A stretch of 63,823 nt of DNA, counting the filler, from an uncultured bacterium (GTDB lineage: Bacteria > CAYJRR01), in NCBI GenBank assembly GCA_964372275.1. It is 3 parts of 3 records of this genome, joined end to end, with 100 filler letters (N's around TTAATTAATTAA, not from the genome) between each part and the next. Parts side by side here need not be neighbours in the genome. Positions count along the whole stretch, not along the records: positions 1 to 26,273 come from CAYJRR010000065.1; 2 more parts are not named here. The stretch is one strand, 5' to 3'. The position numbers and the translations under genes are program-made. Below the pieces are notes generated by a model. The model saw only the letters and a list, made by a program, of their open reading frames with translations, did not search any database and was not told the origin of the DNA. This document shows, in pieces, positions 13,092 to 23,594 of the stretch (positions within the stretch are counted from its first letter, which is position 1; each line of letters begins with the position of its first letter).

Positions 13092-13703
13092 TCATCCGCG
13101 GACGACTCGACCCGACAGGCCCTTCAGCGCGCGCTTCACGATCTCGGCGGTGTCGGCAAGGTCCGGAGGGATCGCCGACAGCGCCTGGTCGGCCTCCGCG
13201 CGCTTGTAGCCGAGCGTGAGCAGGGCGGCAACGGCCTCCTCGTGGGGACCCGACGGCGGAACGTAGGCGGGGGTCGCGATCGGGAGCGGCAGTCCGACGA
13301 CGTTCCCGATCTTTTCCTTCAACTCGACGACGATCCGCTCCGCCGTCTTCTTCCCCACGTGGGGGATCGCCGTGAGGCGATTCACGTCGGCGGTGGCGAT
13401 CGCCTTCGCCAGCTCGCGCACGTCGAGACCGGAGAGGATCGCCATCGCCACCTTCGGACCGATCCCCGACACCTGGAGCAGGCGCAGGAACATCGCCTTC
13501 TCATCGCGGATCGCGAATCCGAACAGCTGGATCGCGTCCTCGCGCACGTGGGTGTAGACCTCGAGCGATGCGCGCTCCCCATCCGACGGGAGCGCCGCGC
13601 GCGTCACGGCCGAGGCGGTCAGTTCGTACCCGACTCCGCCGACGTCGATCAGCACCCGATCGAGGTCGAGCCGACTCACGGTCCCTTGGAGACGGGCGAT
13701 CAA
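13092..13703 (-). CDS. ruvA: Holliday junction DNA-binding protein RuvA
   Basis: 'MIARLQG', 'DVGGVGY', 'HVRED', HhH motifs 'VSGIGPK' and '[17 protein letters not shown]'. Confidence 0.97.
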   Translation of the reverse strand: MIARLQGTVSRLDLDRVLIDVGGVGYELTASAVTRAALPSDGERASLEVYTHVREDAIQLFGFAIRDEKAMFLRLLQVSGIGPKVAMAILSGLDVRELAKAIATADVNRLTAIPHVGKKTAERIVVELKEKIGNVVGLPLPIATPAYVPPSGPHEEAVAALLTLGYKRAEADQALSAIPPDLADTAEIVKRALKGLSGRVVRG

Positions 13704-13771
13704 ACTACCGAAAGTCTACCGAAAGCCGGTGGCGGCCGGTAGCCAATTCGGCGGCGGTCGACCCGCCGCCG

Positions 13772-14245
13772 TCACGGGCGGCGGGTGTGGGCGTGACAGA
13801 TGGCGAGCGCGAGGGCGTCGGTGACGTCGAACCGCGAGGCCTGTCGGTAGTTGAGGAGCAGGCGGACCATGTGCGCCACCTGCTCCTTCTCGGCACGGCC
13901 GGTGCCGACGACGGCGCGTTTCACCTCGGTCGCGGCGTATTCGTGCAGCGCCAGCCCCGCGCGCGCGACCGACGCCAACACCACCCCGCGCGATTGGCCG
14001 AGCGCCAGCGCGCTCTTCACGTTCTTGGCGAAGAAGAGGGCTTCGACCGCGGCCTCCGTCGGGCGGGCGCGCTCGAACACGCGCGCCAGGTCGTCCTGGA
14101 TCGCGGCCAGGCGGCGGCCGAGATCCCCCTTCGGCGAGAGGTGCCCGGCCTCGACGACGGTCAGGCGATTGCCGGCGACTTCGACGACGCCGAAGCCCAG
14201 GTGCAGCGAACCCGGGTCGATCCCGACGACGCGCCGCGCCGGCAT
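13772..14245 (-). CDS. ruvC: Crossover junction endodeoxyribonuclease RuvC
   Basis: C-terminal part of ORF 13772..15982: 'VVGIDPG', 'AVEALFFAKN', 'LGQSRG', 'GTGRAEKEQV', 'DVTDALALAICH'; ATG overlaps the yebC stop (TGATG). Confidence 0.96.
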   Translation of the reverse strand: MPARRVVGIDPGSLHLGFGVVEVAGNRLTVVEAGHLSPKGDLGRRLAAIQDDLARVFERARPTEAAVEALFFAKNVKSALALGQSRGVVLASVARAGLALHEYAATEVKRAVVGTGRAEKEQVAHMVRLLLNYRQASRFDVTDALALAICHAHTRRP

Positions 14246-14994
14246 CAGGCGTTGGCGATGCGCGCCATCTCCTCGTCGGAGATCTCGAAGTCGGCGTGGA
14301 CCTTCTGCACGTCGTCGTGCTCTTCGAGGCTGTCGACCAGCTTGAGCACCGACTCCGCCTCCTTGCCCGCCAACTTCACCGTGTTGCCCGGAATGTAGGT
14401 CAGCTCCGCCTCGGCGACGGCGACCTTCTTCTCCAGCGCCTCGCGGACCGCGTGCAGGTCCTCGGGGGAGGTCATCACGTGGAAGACGTCCCCCCCGTCC
14501 TGCACGTCCTCGCCGCCGGCCTCGATCACCAGCTCCGTCAGCGCGTCCTCGCTGGTCGCCTTCTTGGCGACCGCGATCCGCCCCTTGCGTGCGAACTTCC
14601 ACGACACGGCGTTCGAGCCGGCGAGCGAGCCGTTCGCCTTGTCGAGGATGTTCCGGATCTCGGAGACGGTGCGGTTCTTGTTGTCGGTCGTCGACTCGAT
14701 CAGGAGCGCCACGCCGTGGGGACCGTACCCTTCGTAGACCACCTCGGAGATCTGCTCCCCTTCGAGCTCGCCGGTCCCCTTCTTGATCGCGCGCTCGATG
14801 GTGTCCTTCGGCATCGCCTCGGCCTTCGCCTTCTCGATGGCGAGCCGGAGCCGGGGGTTCCCTCCGGGATTGCCGCCCCCCATGCGCGCCGCGACGGTGA
14901 TCTCCTTCACCAGCTTGGTGAAGAGGCGCCCGCGCCGGGCGTCGGCCGCCCCTTTGGTGCGCTTGATGTTGGCCCAACGTGAATGTCCGGACAT
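14245..14994 (-). CDS. yebC: YebC/PmpR-family protein
   Basis: 'MSGHSRWANIKRTK', 'NPRLRLA', 'YEGYGPHG', 'TDNKNRT', 'DDVQKVH'; canonical position upstream of ruvC. Confidence 0.97.
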   Translation of the reverse strand: MSGHSRWANIKRTKGAADARRGRLFTKLVKEITVAARMGGGNPGGNPRLRLAIEKAKAEAMPKDTIERAIKKGTGELEGEQISEVVYEGYGPHGVALLIESTTDNKNRTVSEIRNILDKANGSLAGSNAVSWKFARKGRIAVAKKATSEDALTELVIEAGGEDVQDGGDVFHVMTSPEDLHAVREALEKKVAVAEAELTYIPGNTVKLAGKEAESVLKLVDSLEEHDDVQKVHADFEISDEEMARIANA

Positions 14995-15057
14995 CGGTGA
15001 CTCCTCGAAAGGCGGAAAGTAGCGGGACGATCCCGCGCGCGCAAGCCGGGAGGGCCC

Positions 15058-16092
15058 TCAACCGGCGGCGGCGGCCGGGCGGTCGGGCGCGGGAGGGACG
15101 CGGACGTTCAGGTATTTGTAGAGGAGCGCCCCCATCGCCAACAGCAGCAGGAGCACGATGCCGGCGAAGTACTTCTGCAGGTAGGCCTTGGCCAGCGCTC
15201 CGACGAGAAGGCCCCCGCCGTCCTGGCGGCGGGCGAGGCGGTACTGTTCGATCGCCTTCCCGAACTCCTTCTTCGCCTGGAAGGTGCGGGCCAGGCCGAC
15301 ACGGGCGTCGGTCTCCTCCGGCGACTTGGCCAGCACCGCCTGGAACGCCGCCTCCGCGGCGGCCAGGTCCCCGCGCTGCAGGCGCGCCACGCCGTAGAAG
15401 GTCCGCGCGCGGAGCGCGTCGGGGTTCGCCTCCACGACCCGCAGGAACGCCCGTTCCGCGCCGTCGAGGTCCCCCGCCTGCATCCGCACCAGGCCCAGGC
15501 TCACGCCGGCGATCTCGTTCGTCTCCTGCCCGGCGGCGGCGCGCGCGCAGTACGGCTCGGCCCGCTTCGGATCGTTCTCGCGCTGGGAGACGAGCGCGCA
15601 CAGCTCGGTGAGCGCGCGGCGGTTCTCCGGCTCCTCCTTCAGCACGCTCGTGAGCTCGGCGACCGCCGCCCGCGATTGGCCCACCTGCGCGTACCACCAG
15701 GCGAGGTTCAGCCGCGCGTCGGCGTCGGTCGGCCGCGCCGTCAGCGCGGCGAGCAGCGCCCTCTGCGCGTCGTCGCGGCGCTGCTGGACCATGTAGAAGA
15801 CGCCGAGATTGGACTTCGCGACCGCATCGCCGGGGTCGGCCGCGACCTTCCGTTCGAGCTCGGCCACCGCCCCCTCGAGACCGTGGACCCGGTAGAGGCA
15901 GTCCCGCAGCGCCAGACCCGCCTCCGACTCCCGGATTTCGGCCTTCACCAGACTCTCGAGCGCCGGGATCGCGGCCTCGCACCGGCCCGCCTGCTGGTCG
16001 GCGATCGCCGCGTCGAAGGACGCCGCCGCGTCCTCCGCCCGCGCCGATCCGGCCACCATCATGATGAAAAGAGCCGCGAATCGAGCATGCAT
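15058..16092 (-). CDS. Exported tetratricopeptide-repeat protein with C-terminal TM anchor
   Basis: Signal peptide, multiple TPR-like helical repeats ('DPGDAVAKSNLG', 'PTDADARLNLA', 'PEETDARVGLA'), C-terminal hydrophobic helix. Confidence 0.85.
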   Translation of the reverse strand: MHARFAALFIMMVAGSARAEDAAASFDAAIADQQAGRCEAAIPALESLVKAEIRESEAGLALRDCLYRVHGLEGAVAELERKVAADPGDAVAKSNLGVFYMVQQRRDDAQRALLAALTARPTDADARLNLAWWYAQVGQSRAAVAELTSVLKEEPENRRALTELCALVSQRENDPKRAEPYCARAAAGQETNEIAGVSLGLVRMQAGDLDGAERAFLRVVEANPDALRARTFYGVARLQRGDLAAAEAAFQAVLAKSPEETDARVGLARTFQAKKEFGKAIEQYRLARRQDGGGLLVGALAKAYLQKYFAGIVLLLLLAMGALLYKYLNVRVPPAPDRPAAAAG

Positions 16093-16170
16093 GGTGCGTG
16101 TCCTCGAAAAGGGCCGCCCAACCTACGTGCCGTCCACCGGAAGGTCAAGGCGGGCTAGAGTAGCGGGGCC

Positions 16171-17070
16171 TTGAACCCGCCGGCGCCCGCCCACCGATCC
16201 CCCGTTGCGCTCCGCGGCGTCGTGGCCGCCTTGCTCCTCGCGACGGGGGGAGGCTGCACCACGTCGCTCACGCATCTGCAGAGCGCGCGGGCGACGCCGC
16301 CTGGAAAGGTGCACGCCTACACCGCGATCGGCGCACCGATCGCGTCGACGACGATCGGCAGCGTGATCGACGTCGGGAAGGACGCCGCGCGACGGATCGA
16401 GGAGGATGCCGAGGCCGGCGCAGAGCCCAGCGATGCGGAGATCCGCCACCTGTTCCGCGCGGCGGCCTCCTCGGTGCTGCTCCTGCCGGCGCCCCTCTGG
16501 GAGGTCGGCGTGCGCGCGGGGCTGCGGCCGCGATGGGACGCCGGCCTGGCCTACACCTCCACCGGCCTGCGTGCCGACACGCGCCTGCAGCTGCTGAAAG
16601 CCGGCGAGGACGGCCCTCTCGACCTTTCGGTCGGCGCGTCGGTCCAGCGGGCGGTGACCGAGATCCCGCTGCCCGGCTATCTCAAGGACACGCTCCGGAT
16701 CGACGACTTCAGCCGCACCGACTTCCAGTTTCCGGTGGTCGTCGGGCGCGAGCTCTCGGACGTCCTGTTCGTCTACGGCGGCGGGAAGCTGGTCTATTCG
16801 CCGATCGACGTGAGTCTGATCGAGCTCTACACCGCGACCGACCGCCACACGCGGCTCGGCGACCGTCTCTGGATGGCCGGCGGCTTCGCTGGCGTCGGCG
16901 CCGGATACAAGTACGTCTTCGCCATGGCCGAGCTGTCGGTGCTCCATTACGAATACCCGGCCCGCGTGCGCAGCTACGACGGCGAACGATCGATCGGCGC
17001 GTCGCTGATCGGCACCGCCTACTATCCGGCGGTCGGCGTTTCGCTGCGATTCCACCCGCCGGTGAAGTAG
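16171..17070 (+). CDS. Hypothetical lipoprotein, possibly beta-barrel-like
   Basis: Lipobox-like 'LLLATGGGC'; 'LQSARATPPG'; amphipathic strands ending 'YYPAVGVSLRF'. Confidence 0.65.
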   Translation: MNPPAPAHRSPVALRGVVAALLLATGGGCTTSLTHLQSARATPPGKVHAYTAIGAPIASTTIGSVIDVGKDAARRIEEDAEAGAEPSDAEIRHLFRAAASSVLLLPAPLWEVGVRAGLRPRWDAGLAYTSTGLRADTRLQLLKAGEDGPLDLSVGASVQRAVTEIPLPGYLKDTLRIDDFSRTDFQFPVVVGRELSDVLFVYGGGKLVYSPIDVSLIELYTATDRHTRLGDRLWMAGGFAGVGAGYKYVFAMAELSVLHYEYPARVRSYDGERSIGASLIGTAYYPAVGVSLRFHPPVK

Positions 17071-18075
17071 GGGTCGATGGACCGCCCTCTCCTGCGCTAC
17101 GCGCCGGGTCTGCTGCTGCTGTTGCTGGTCGGGGGCGGGATCGTCTTCGCGGTTCGCGACGCCTCCCAGTTCGCGCAGGTCGCGTCCGGACTCCGGCCGG
17201 GGTACCTGCTCCTCGCGCTGGCGTCGACCGGCGGGGCCTACCTGGCCTACACCGCGTCGATGCGCTCGATCGCGGACCGGGCGGACGCGCCCCTCCCGTT
17301 CGGCCCCAGCCTGGTCGTCTCGTTCGTCTCGCAGGCGGTGAACAACCTCTTCTCGACCGGCGGCATCGGGGGGATGGCGTTGCGCATCCTCGGATTCGCG
17401 CGATGCGGGGTGCGGCCCGGGATCACCGCGGGGTTCTCCGCGCTCACCAGCCTCGCCGGCGACGTCGTCGTGGCACAACTCGCGCTGGCCGGCGTCGTCT
17501 TCCTCGCGGCCACGGCGCGCCCGCCGATGGCCGACGCCACGCTCCTGCTCGCGGTCGGGTTGGCGGCGGAAGGGGCGGCCGTCCTGGCGCTCGCGTGGAT
17601 CCGCGCCGACGCGCGACGGGGACCGGTCCGCGCCGCCTTCGCGCGGCGGGCCGACGCGCTGGCCCGGCGGGTGCGGAACGTCGTCCCCTCCGCCGACTTC
17701 GAAGCGGGGGCCCATCGATTCCGCGAGGACCTGTTCGACGTCTTCGAGCGGTTCGCCGCCCGGCCGACCCGCCTGCTCGTCCCGTTCGCGTGGACGTCGG
17801 TCGACATCGCCTGCCGCATCGCCTGCCTCGGCGCGGCGTTCGCGGCGGTCGGGGCGCCGCTCTCTCCGATGCAGCTCCTGACCGGGTTCACCGTCGGTCT
17901 CGCCGCCGGGTCGCTGTCGCTCGTTCCCGGCGGTCTCGGCGTGCTCGAAGGGACGATGACCGCGGTCTTCGTGCGGATGGGGGTCGAACTCCACGTCGCC
18001 GCCACCGCCGCGGTCGTCTACCGGTTCGCCTACTACGTCGTCCCGTTCGCGGCCGTCTCGCCGCTCTACCGCGAT

Positions 18076-20019
<1,944 letters not shown>

Positions 20020-20038
20020 GCGAGCCGCGGAGGATAGC

Positions 20039-20497
20039 TCAGGACGTCGATCGCAGATCCGACGAGTCGAGGAGAAGCGTCACCGGCCCGTCGGCGGTGA
20101 GGTCGATCGACATGTCGGCGCCGAAGCGGCCGGTGGCGACTCCGACGCCATGCGTGCGCAGTCGCTCCACGAAACGCTCGTAGAGCGGCACGGCGACCGC
20201 CGGCTGTGCGGCCCCGGTGAACGACGGGCGCCGCCCACGGGAGGTGTCGGCGAAGAGGGTGAACTGACTGACGACCAGAACGCCTCCGCCGACGTCGACC
20301 AGCGACCGGTCGAACCTCCCCGCCTCGTTCGGAAAGACGCGCAGCACCGGGATCCGTCCCGCGAGGAGGTCCGCATCCCTCTCCGTATCGCCGTCCGCGA
20401 TCCCCAACAGCACGAACAGTCCGCGACCGACCGCCCCGACCGGCTCGCCGCCGATCGACACGCTCGCGCGCGCCACCCGCTGCAGCACCGCCTTCAT
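20039..20497 (-). CDS. dtd: D-aminoacyl-tRNA deacylase
   Basis: 'MKAVLQRV', 'LVVSQFTL', 'GRRPSF', 'TGRFGADM', 'DGPVT'; ATGA overlap with the upstream gene. Confidence 0.96.
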   Translation of the reverse strand: MKAVLQRVARASVSIGGEPVGAVGRGLFVLLGIADGDTERDADLLAGRIPVLRVFPNEAGRFDRSLVDVGGGVLVVSQFTLFADTSRGRRPSFTGAAQPAVAVPLYERFVERLRTHGVGVATGRFGADMSIDLTADGPVTLLLDSSDLRSTS

Positions 20498-21912
20498 CGG
20501 AGAAGCTCGATTTCGAGCTTGCGCACGATTCCCGGTCCACCCGCGTCCGCGCCACGCGTGGCGCCTAGGTCGTTGACCCCCGCGGCGCCGCCGTTCCCAT
20601 TGACGGTGAACGAACCGGCCGTATCGGTCGAGAGGAACCAGCCGCCGCCGCCGCCCCCCCCCGGTCCCATCTCCACGAGGTTCGACGAGTCTCCCCCGAT
20701 TCCGCCCCGAACCACCACCACTCCCGTGAACGACGACGGATCGCCGGTGATCAGAAGGACCGTCCCGCCGCCGCCGCCGCCGCCCCCTCCACCGTTCGAC
20801 AGGGTGTCCGCACCATCCGAGCCGCGGGCGCTGATCGTTCCGCCGCCGGCGAGGGTGCGCGCGATCACCACGACGATGCCGCCACCGTTCGAGCCGTAGA
20901 CGCCGCCAGCGCCGGTGGAGCTCTGCCCGGCACCGCCTCCCGCCCCGAACAGCAAGCGGAGCGAGGCCGCGTCCGCCACGATCGGCGCGCCCCCGTGTCC
21001 ACGCGTACTCCCGTTGGACCCGTTTGCCGCGTACCCGCCGGCTCCCGCCCGGCCGGCGGCCCCTCCTCCGCCTCCGCCGCCGAGCTGGGCATTCCCTCCG
21101 CCACCCGCATTCCCCATCCCGCCGCGACCGGCGAGCAGGTACGAGTCGACGTCGAACCCCTCCCCCTTCCCGCCGCCGCGGCCGTCGGTGACCGCGAAGT
21201 CGAGCGCTGTCTGGTCGCTCCCCGTGTAGGCAGGGGCCCGCTTTCCGCCGCGGAGTCCGAAGCCCACAGCGTTCAAGCCGGCCCCGCCCACGGTGAGCGT
21301 TCCGTCGACCAGCACCGCGACGACCCCGTTTCGGCTCCCGGTCCACTGATTCGCTTCGACCTGCCCGGTCGGACCGGAGATCGTGAGATCCCGGAATTCG
21401 GGAACGGTGCAGGCCTGTGCGCGCGCGCCACCGTTCGAGTCGTAGGCGTTCGCCAGACTCCGGTCGAGCGTGACGACGACCGGGCTCACCCCCGTGTCCA
21501 CGGCCGTGATCCGTGGCAGCTCGAACAGGCCGCTTCGCCCGATGGAGGTGACGTCGGCGCCGGCGCCCGACGTGAACGAAAGGTCGTCATGGACCTGCCA
21601 GACGAGGAGCCGGCGGCCGGCGATGAACCCCGTCGCCGTTGGGGCGGTCAGTTGGGTCCCGGAGGCCGTGGTAATCGCGTGGCAGGTGTTGAGCGTCGCC
21701 GACGCGCTGGTGATCGTGCGATCGCCGTCGTGCGCATCGCCGAAGTCCCACGGTGTCGGCGTGGCGATGACGTCGTCGTCATCACCATCGTCGTCGTCCG
21801 AAGCGCTGTCGTCGCCCCCTCCCCACGGCAGGTTCGCCCGGTCGGAGCAGGCGCCGGCCGCGAAAAGGCCGACCAGGACCAGAAGGAGAGTGATCGAACG
21901 GCCGCGCGCCAC
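20494..21912 (-). CDS. Gly-rich lipoprotein resembling the N-terminal domain of myxobacterial AgmC-like surface proteins
   Basis: Lipobox 'FAAGAC', Asp-rich linker, 'FGDAHDGDRTI', 'LLVWQV', 'GLFELPRITAV', 'QACTVPEFRDLTI', 'WTGSRNGVVAVL', 'GFGLRGG', then GGGGG repeats. The AgmC similarity is from recall, not a search. Confidence 0.65.
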   Translation of the reverse strand: MARGRSITLLLVLVGLFAAGACSDRANLPWGGGDDSASDDDDGDDDDVIATPTPWDFGDAHDGDRTITSASATLNTCHAITTASGTQLTAPTATGFIAGRRLLVWQVHDDLSFTSGAGADVTSIGRSGLFELPRITAVDTGVSPVVVTLDRSLANAYDSNGGARAQACTVPEFRDLTISGPTGQVEANQWTGSRNGVVAVLVDGTLTVGGAGLNAVGFGLRGGKRAPAYTGSDQTALDFAVTDGRGGGKGEGFDVDSYLLAGRGGMGNAGGGGNAQLGGGGGGGAAGRAGAGGYAANGSNGSTRGHGGAPIVADAASLRLLFGAGGGAGQSSTGAGGVYGSNGGGIVVVIARTLAGGGTISARGSDGADTLSNGGGGGGGGGGTVLLITGDPSSFTGVVVVRGGIGGDSSNLVEMGPGGGGGGGWFLSTDTAGSFTVNGNGGAAGVNDLGATRGADAGGPGIVRKLEIELLR

Positions 21913-21963
21913 TGAAAATGGACCCCCGACGAGCGAAAAGTCGTTCGCCGATCATACCTCGGG

Positions 21964-22488
21964 GTGTTAGAGCTTCCGGCCGTGGAAGTGGTCGCCATCG
22001 TCGTCGTCGCGACGATCCTAGGGTTCCTGCTCATCTCCGCCATCCGCAAGCCCCCGGCCTACCTGCCGATGCGGGGCGCCGGCCACCCGGAGATCGATGA
22101 AGCGCACGCACAGCAGCTCGGCAGCCTGTCGATCCTGGAGTTCGAGTCGATGCTGCGGCGGCTGGTCGTCGATCACGTGGGGCTTACGATCGACGTGGTC
22201 GACCGGACCGACGAAAACGAGATCGAGATCCGCGCGCGCGATCCGAAGCCGATCATCGGCGGCCTCTACGTCGTCCACGGGATCCTGCGCCGGCTCGACG
22301 ACTACGTCGGTCCGGAGGCGGTGATGGCGCTCAAGGACGTGGTGAAGGAGGAGGGGGCCCTCAAGGGGTTCCTGGTCACCAACGGCGCTTTCGCCGCGCC
22401 CGCGGCGCAGATGCTGGACGCGCAGAAGCTGGAGCTGATCAACGGCCCGACCCTCCTGCGCCTCGTCGCCGGCACCAAGCCGGCTTGA
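21964..22488 (+). CDS. Membrane-anchored Mrr-like restriction-endonuclease-fold protein with a degenerate active site
   Basis: N-terminal TM; 'FESMLRRL', 'KGFLVTNGAF', 'LELINGPTLLRL' match the Mrr_cat scaffold; the expected D...(Q/E)xK residues read 'EIEI...VHGI'. Confidence 0.7.
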   Translation: MLELPAVEVVAIVVVATILGFLLISAIRKPPAYLPMRGAGHPEIDEAHAQQLGSLSILEFESMLRRLVVDHVGLTIDVVDRTDENEIEIRARDPKPIIGGLYVVHGILRRLDDYVGPEAVMALKDVVKEEGALKGFLVTNGAFAAPAAQMLDAQKLELINGPTLLRLVAGTKPA

Positions 22489-22513
22489 AGAGTCGCTTCG
22501 AGCCGCGTGCGCG

Positions 22514-23185
22514 TCAGCGGACCGAAAGCCGCGTCTTGTTCAGGTCGGCGACGAACTTGTTGATCGACTCGCGCAGCGTCTCGTTGGCGATGCGGTACTG
22601 GTTCCCCTTCCGCGTCGACTCCACCTCGCGGACGTTGGTGATCGCCTGCCCGGCCCAGGCGACGGAGAAGTCGCGGGTGCGAACGATCTTGATCTCGGCC
22701 AGATGGGCCTGCGCCTCGACGATGCGCCGGTCCCCTTCGGCGTTGTAGCCGTCGAAGGCCCAGAAGTGGGTGATCTTCCCCAACAGCACCGCGTCGAAAT
22801 CGGCGGAGAGCTTCTTGATGTCGCTTTTCAGGAACTCGGGACTCTGGTTGGTCGCCAGCTCCACCCGATCGACCTCGCGGAAGGCGCCGGCAAAGACCAG
22901 GTGCTTGACCAGTACGTCGCTCACCTTGTCGGCGACGTCGAAGCCGTTGAAGTCGGTGTAGTACTTGGCGTCGTCCTCGCCGATCAGCCGGGCCCGCTCG
23001 AACCAGTCGACCTCCTCGATCGGCCGACTGTCCTCCAGGAGCGCCACGCCCAGCCGAAGCGGTTGCTGGCGCGCGTTTCGGATCGTGTCGGGCCTCAACG
23101 GGTAGCCGATGGTGGCGCACCCGGCCGCCAGGCTCGCCGCCAGGAACAAGAAGGCCCGTCGCCACGAGCGTACCGATCCGATCAT
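22514..23185 (-). CDS. Hypothetical lipoprotein
   Basis: 3' part of ORF 22514..23635: MIGSVRSWRRAFLFLAASLAAGC (lipobox) followed by a globular alpha/beta domain. Confidence 0.7.
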   Translation of the reverse strand: MIGSVRSWRRAFLFLAASLAAGCATIGYPLRPDTIRNARQQPLRLGVALLEDSRPIEEVDWFERARLIGEDDAKYYTDFNGFDVADKVSDVLVKHLVFAGAFREVDRVELATNQSPEFLKSDIKKLSADFDAVLLGKITHFWAFDGYNAEGDRRIVEAQAHLAEIKIVRTRDFSVAWAGQAITNVREVESTRKGNQYRIANETLRESINKFVADLNKTRLSVR

Positions 23186-23208
23186 CGAGGCTGTCCCGAG
23201 TATACGCG

Positions 23209-23538
23209 TTACTCCGGAAACTCCACCCAGATCGTCCCGTCCTCCTCGCGGACGCGGAGAGCCCTCAGCGGCGACATCCCGTGGTGCCCCGCGTCGTCGA
23301 CGATGTGGCCGTCGCGCAGGTCGAACCACATGGCATGGTGCGGGCACTCGATACACGGTTCGCCGGCGCGACCGTTCCGCAACGCGCCTCCGTCCATGCG
23401 GCGAGACTGGTGGCCGCAGATGTTCTCGACCGCGCGCACCGTCCCCGCGATCCGGGCGAGCAGGATCGACCACCGGCCGACGTCGGCGATGCGGTACTCC
23501 CCTTCCGGGATCTCGCCGGAGGCGCAGATGCGAACCAT
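23209..23538 (-). CDS. Rieske [2Fe-2S] ferredoxin
   Basis: CxH 'ICGHQ' and CxxH 'IECPHHAMWFDLRDG'. Confidence 0.9.
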   Translation of the reverse strand: MVRICASGEIPEGEYRIADVGRWSILLARIAGTVRAVENICGHQSRRMDGGALRNGRAGEPCIECPHHAMWFDLRDGHIVDDAGHHGMSPLRALRVREEDGTIWVEFPE

Positions 23539-23594
23539 CGGGACCGGTCGATATAGCACGGGCCGGCGCCGCGGATGCTAGGATCGCCTGCAGC

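Noticed and set aside
13772..15982. Apparent 736-aa RuvC fusion; likewise the N-terminal extensions on dtd (20039-21346) and ORFs 28764-30797 and 29429-32389
   Set aside because: The extensions overlap other genuine genes in different frames; true starts lie at internal ATGs, mostly overlapping the upstream stop codon.
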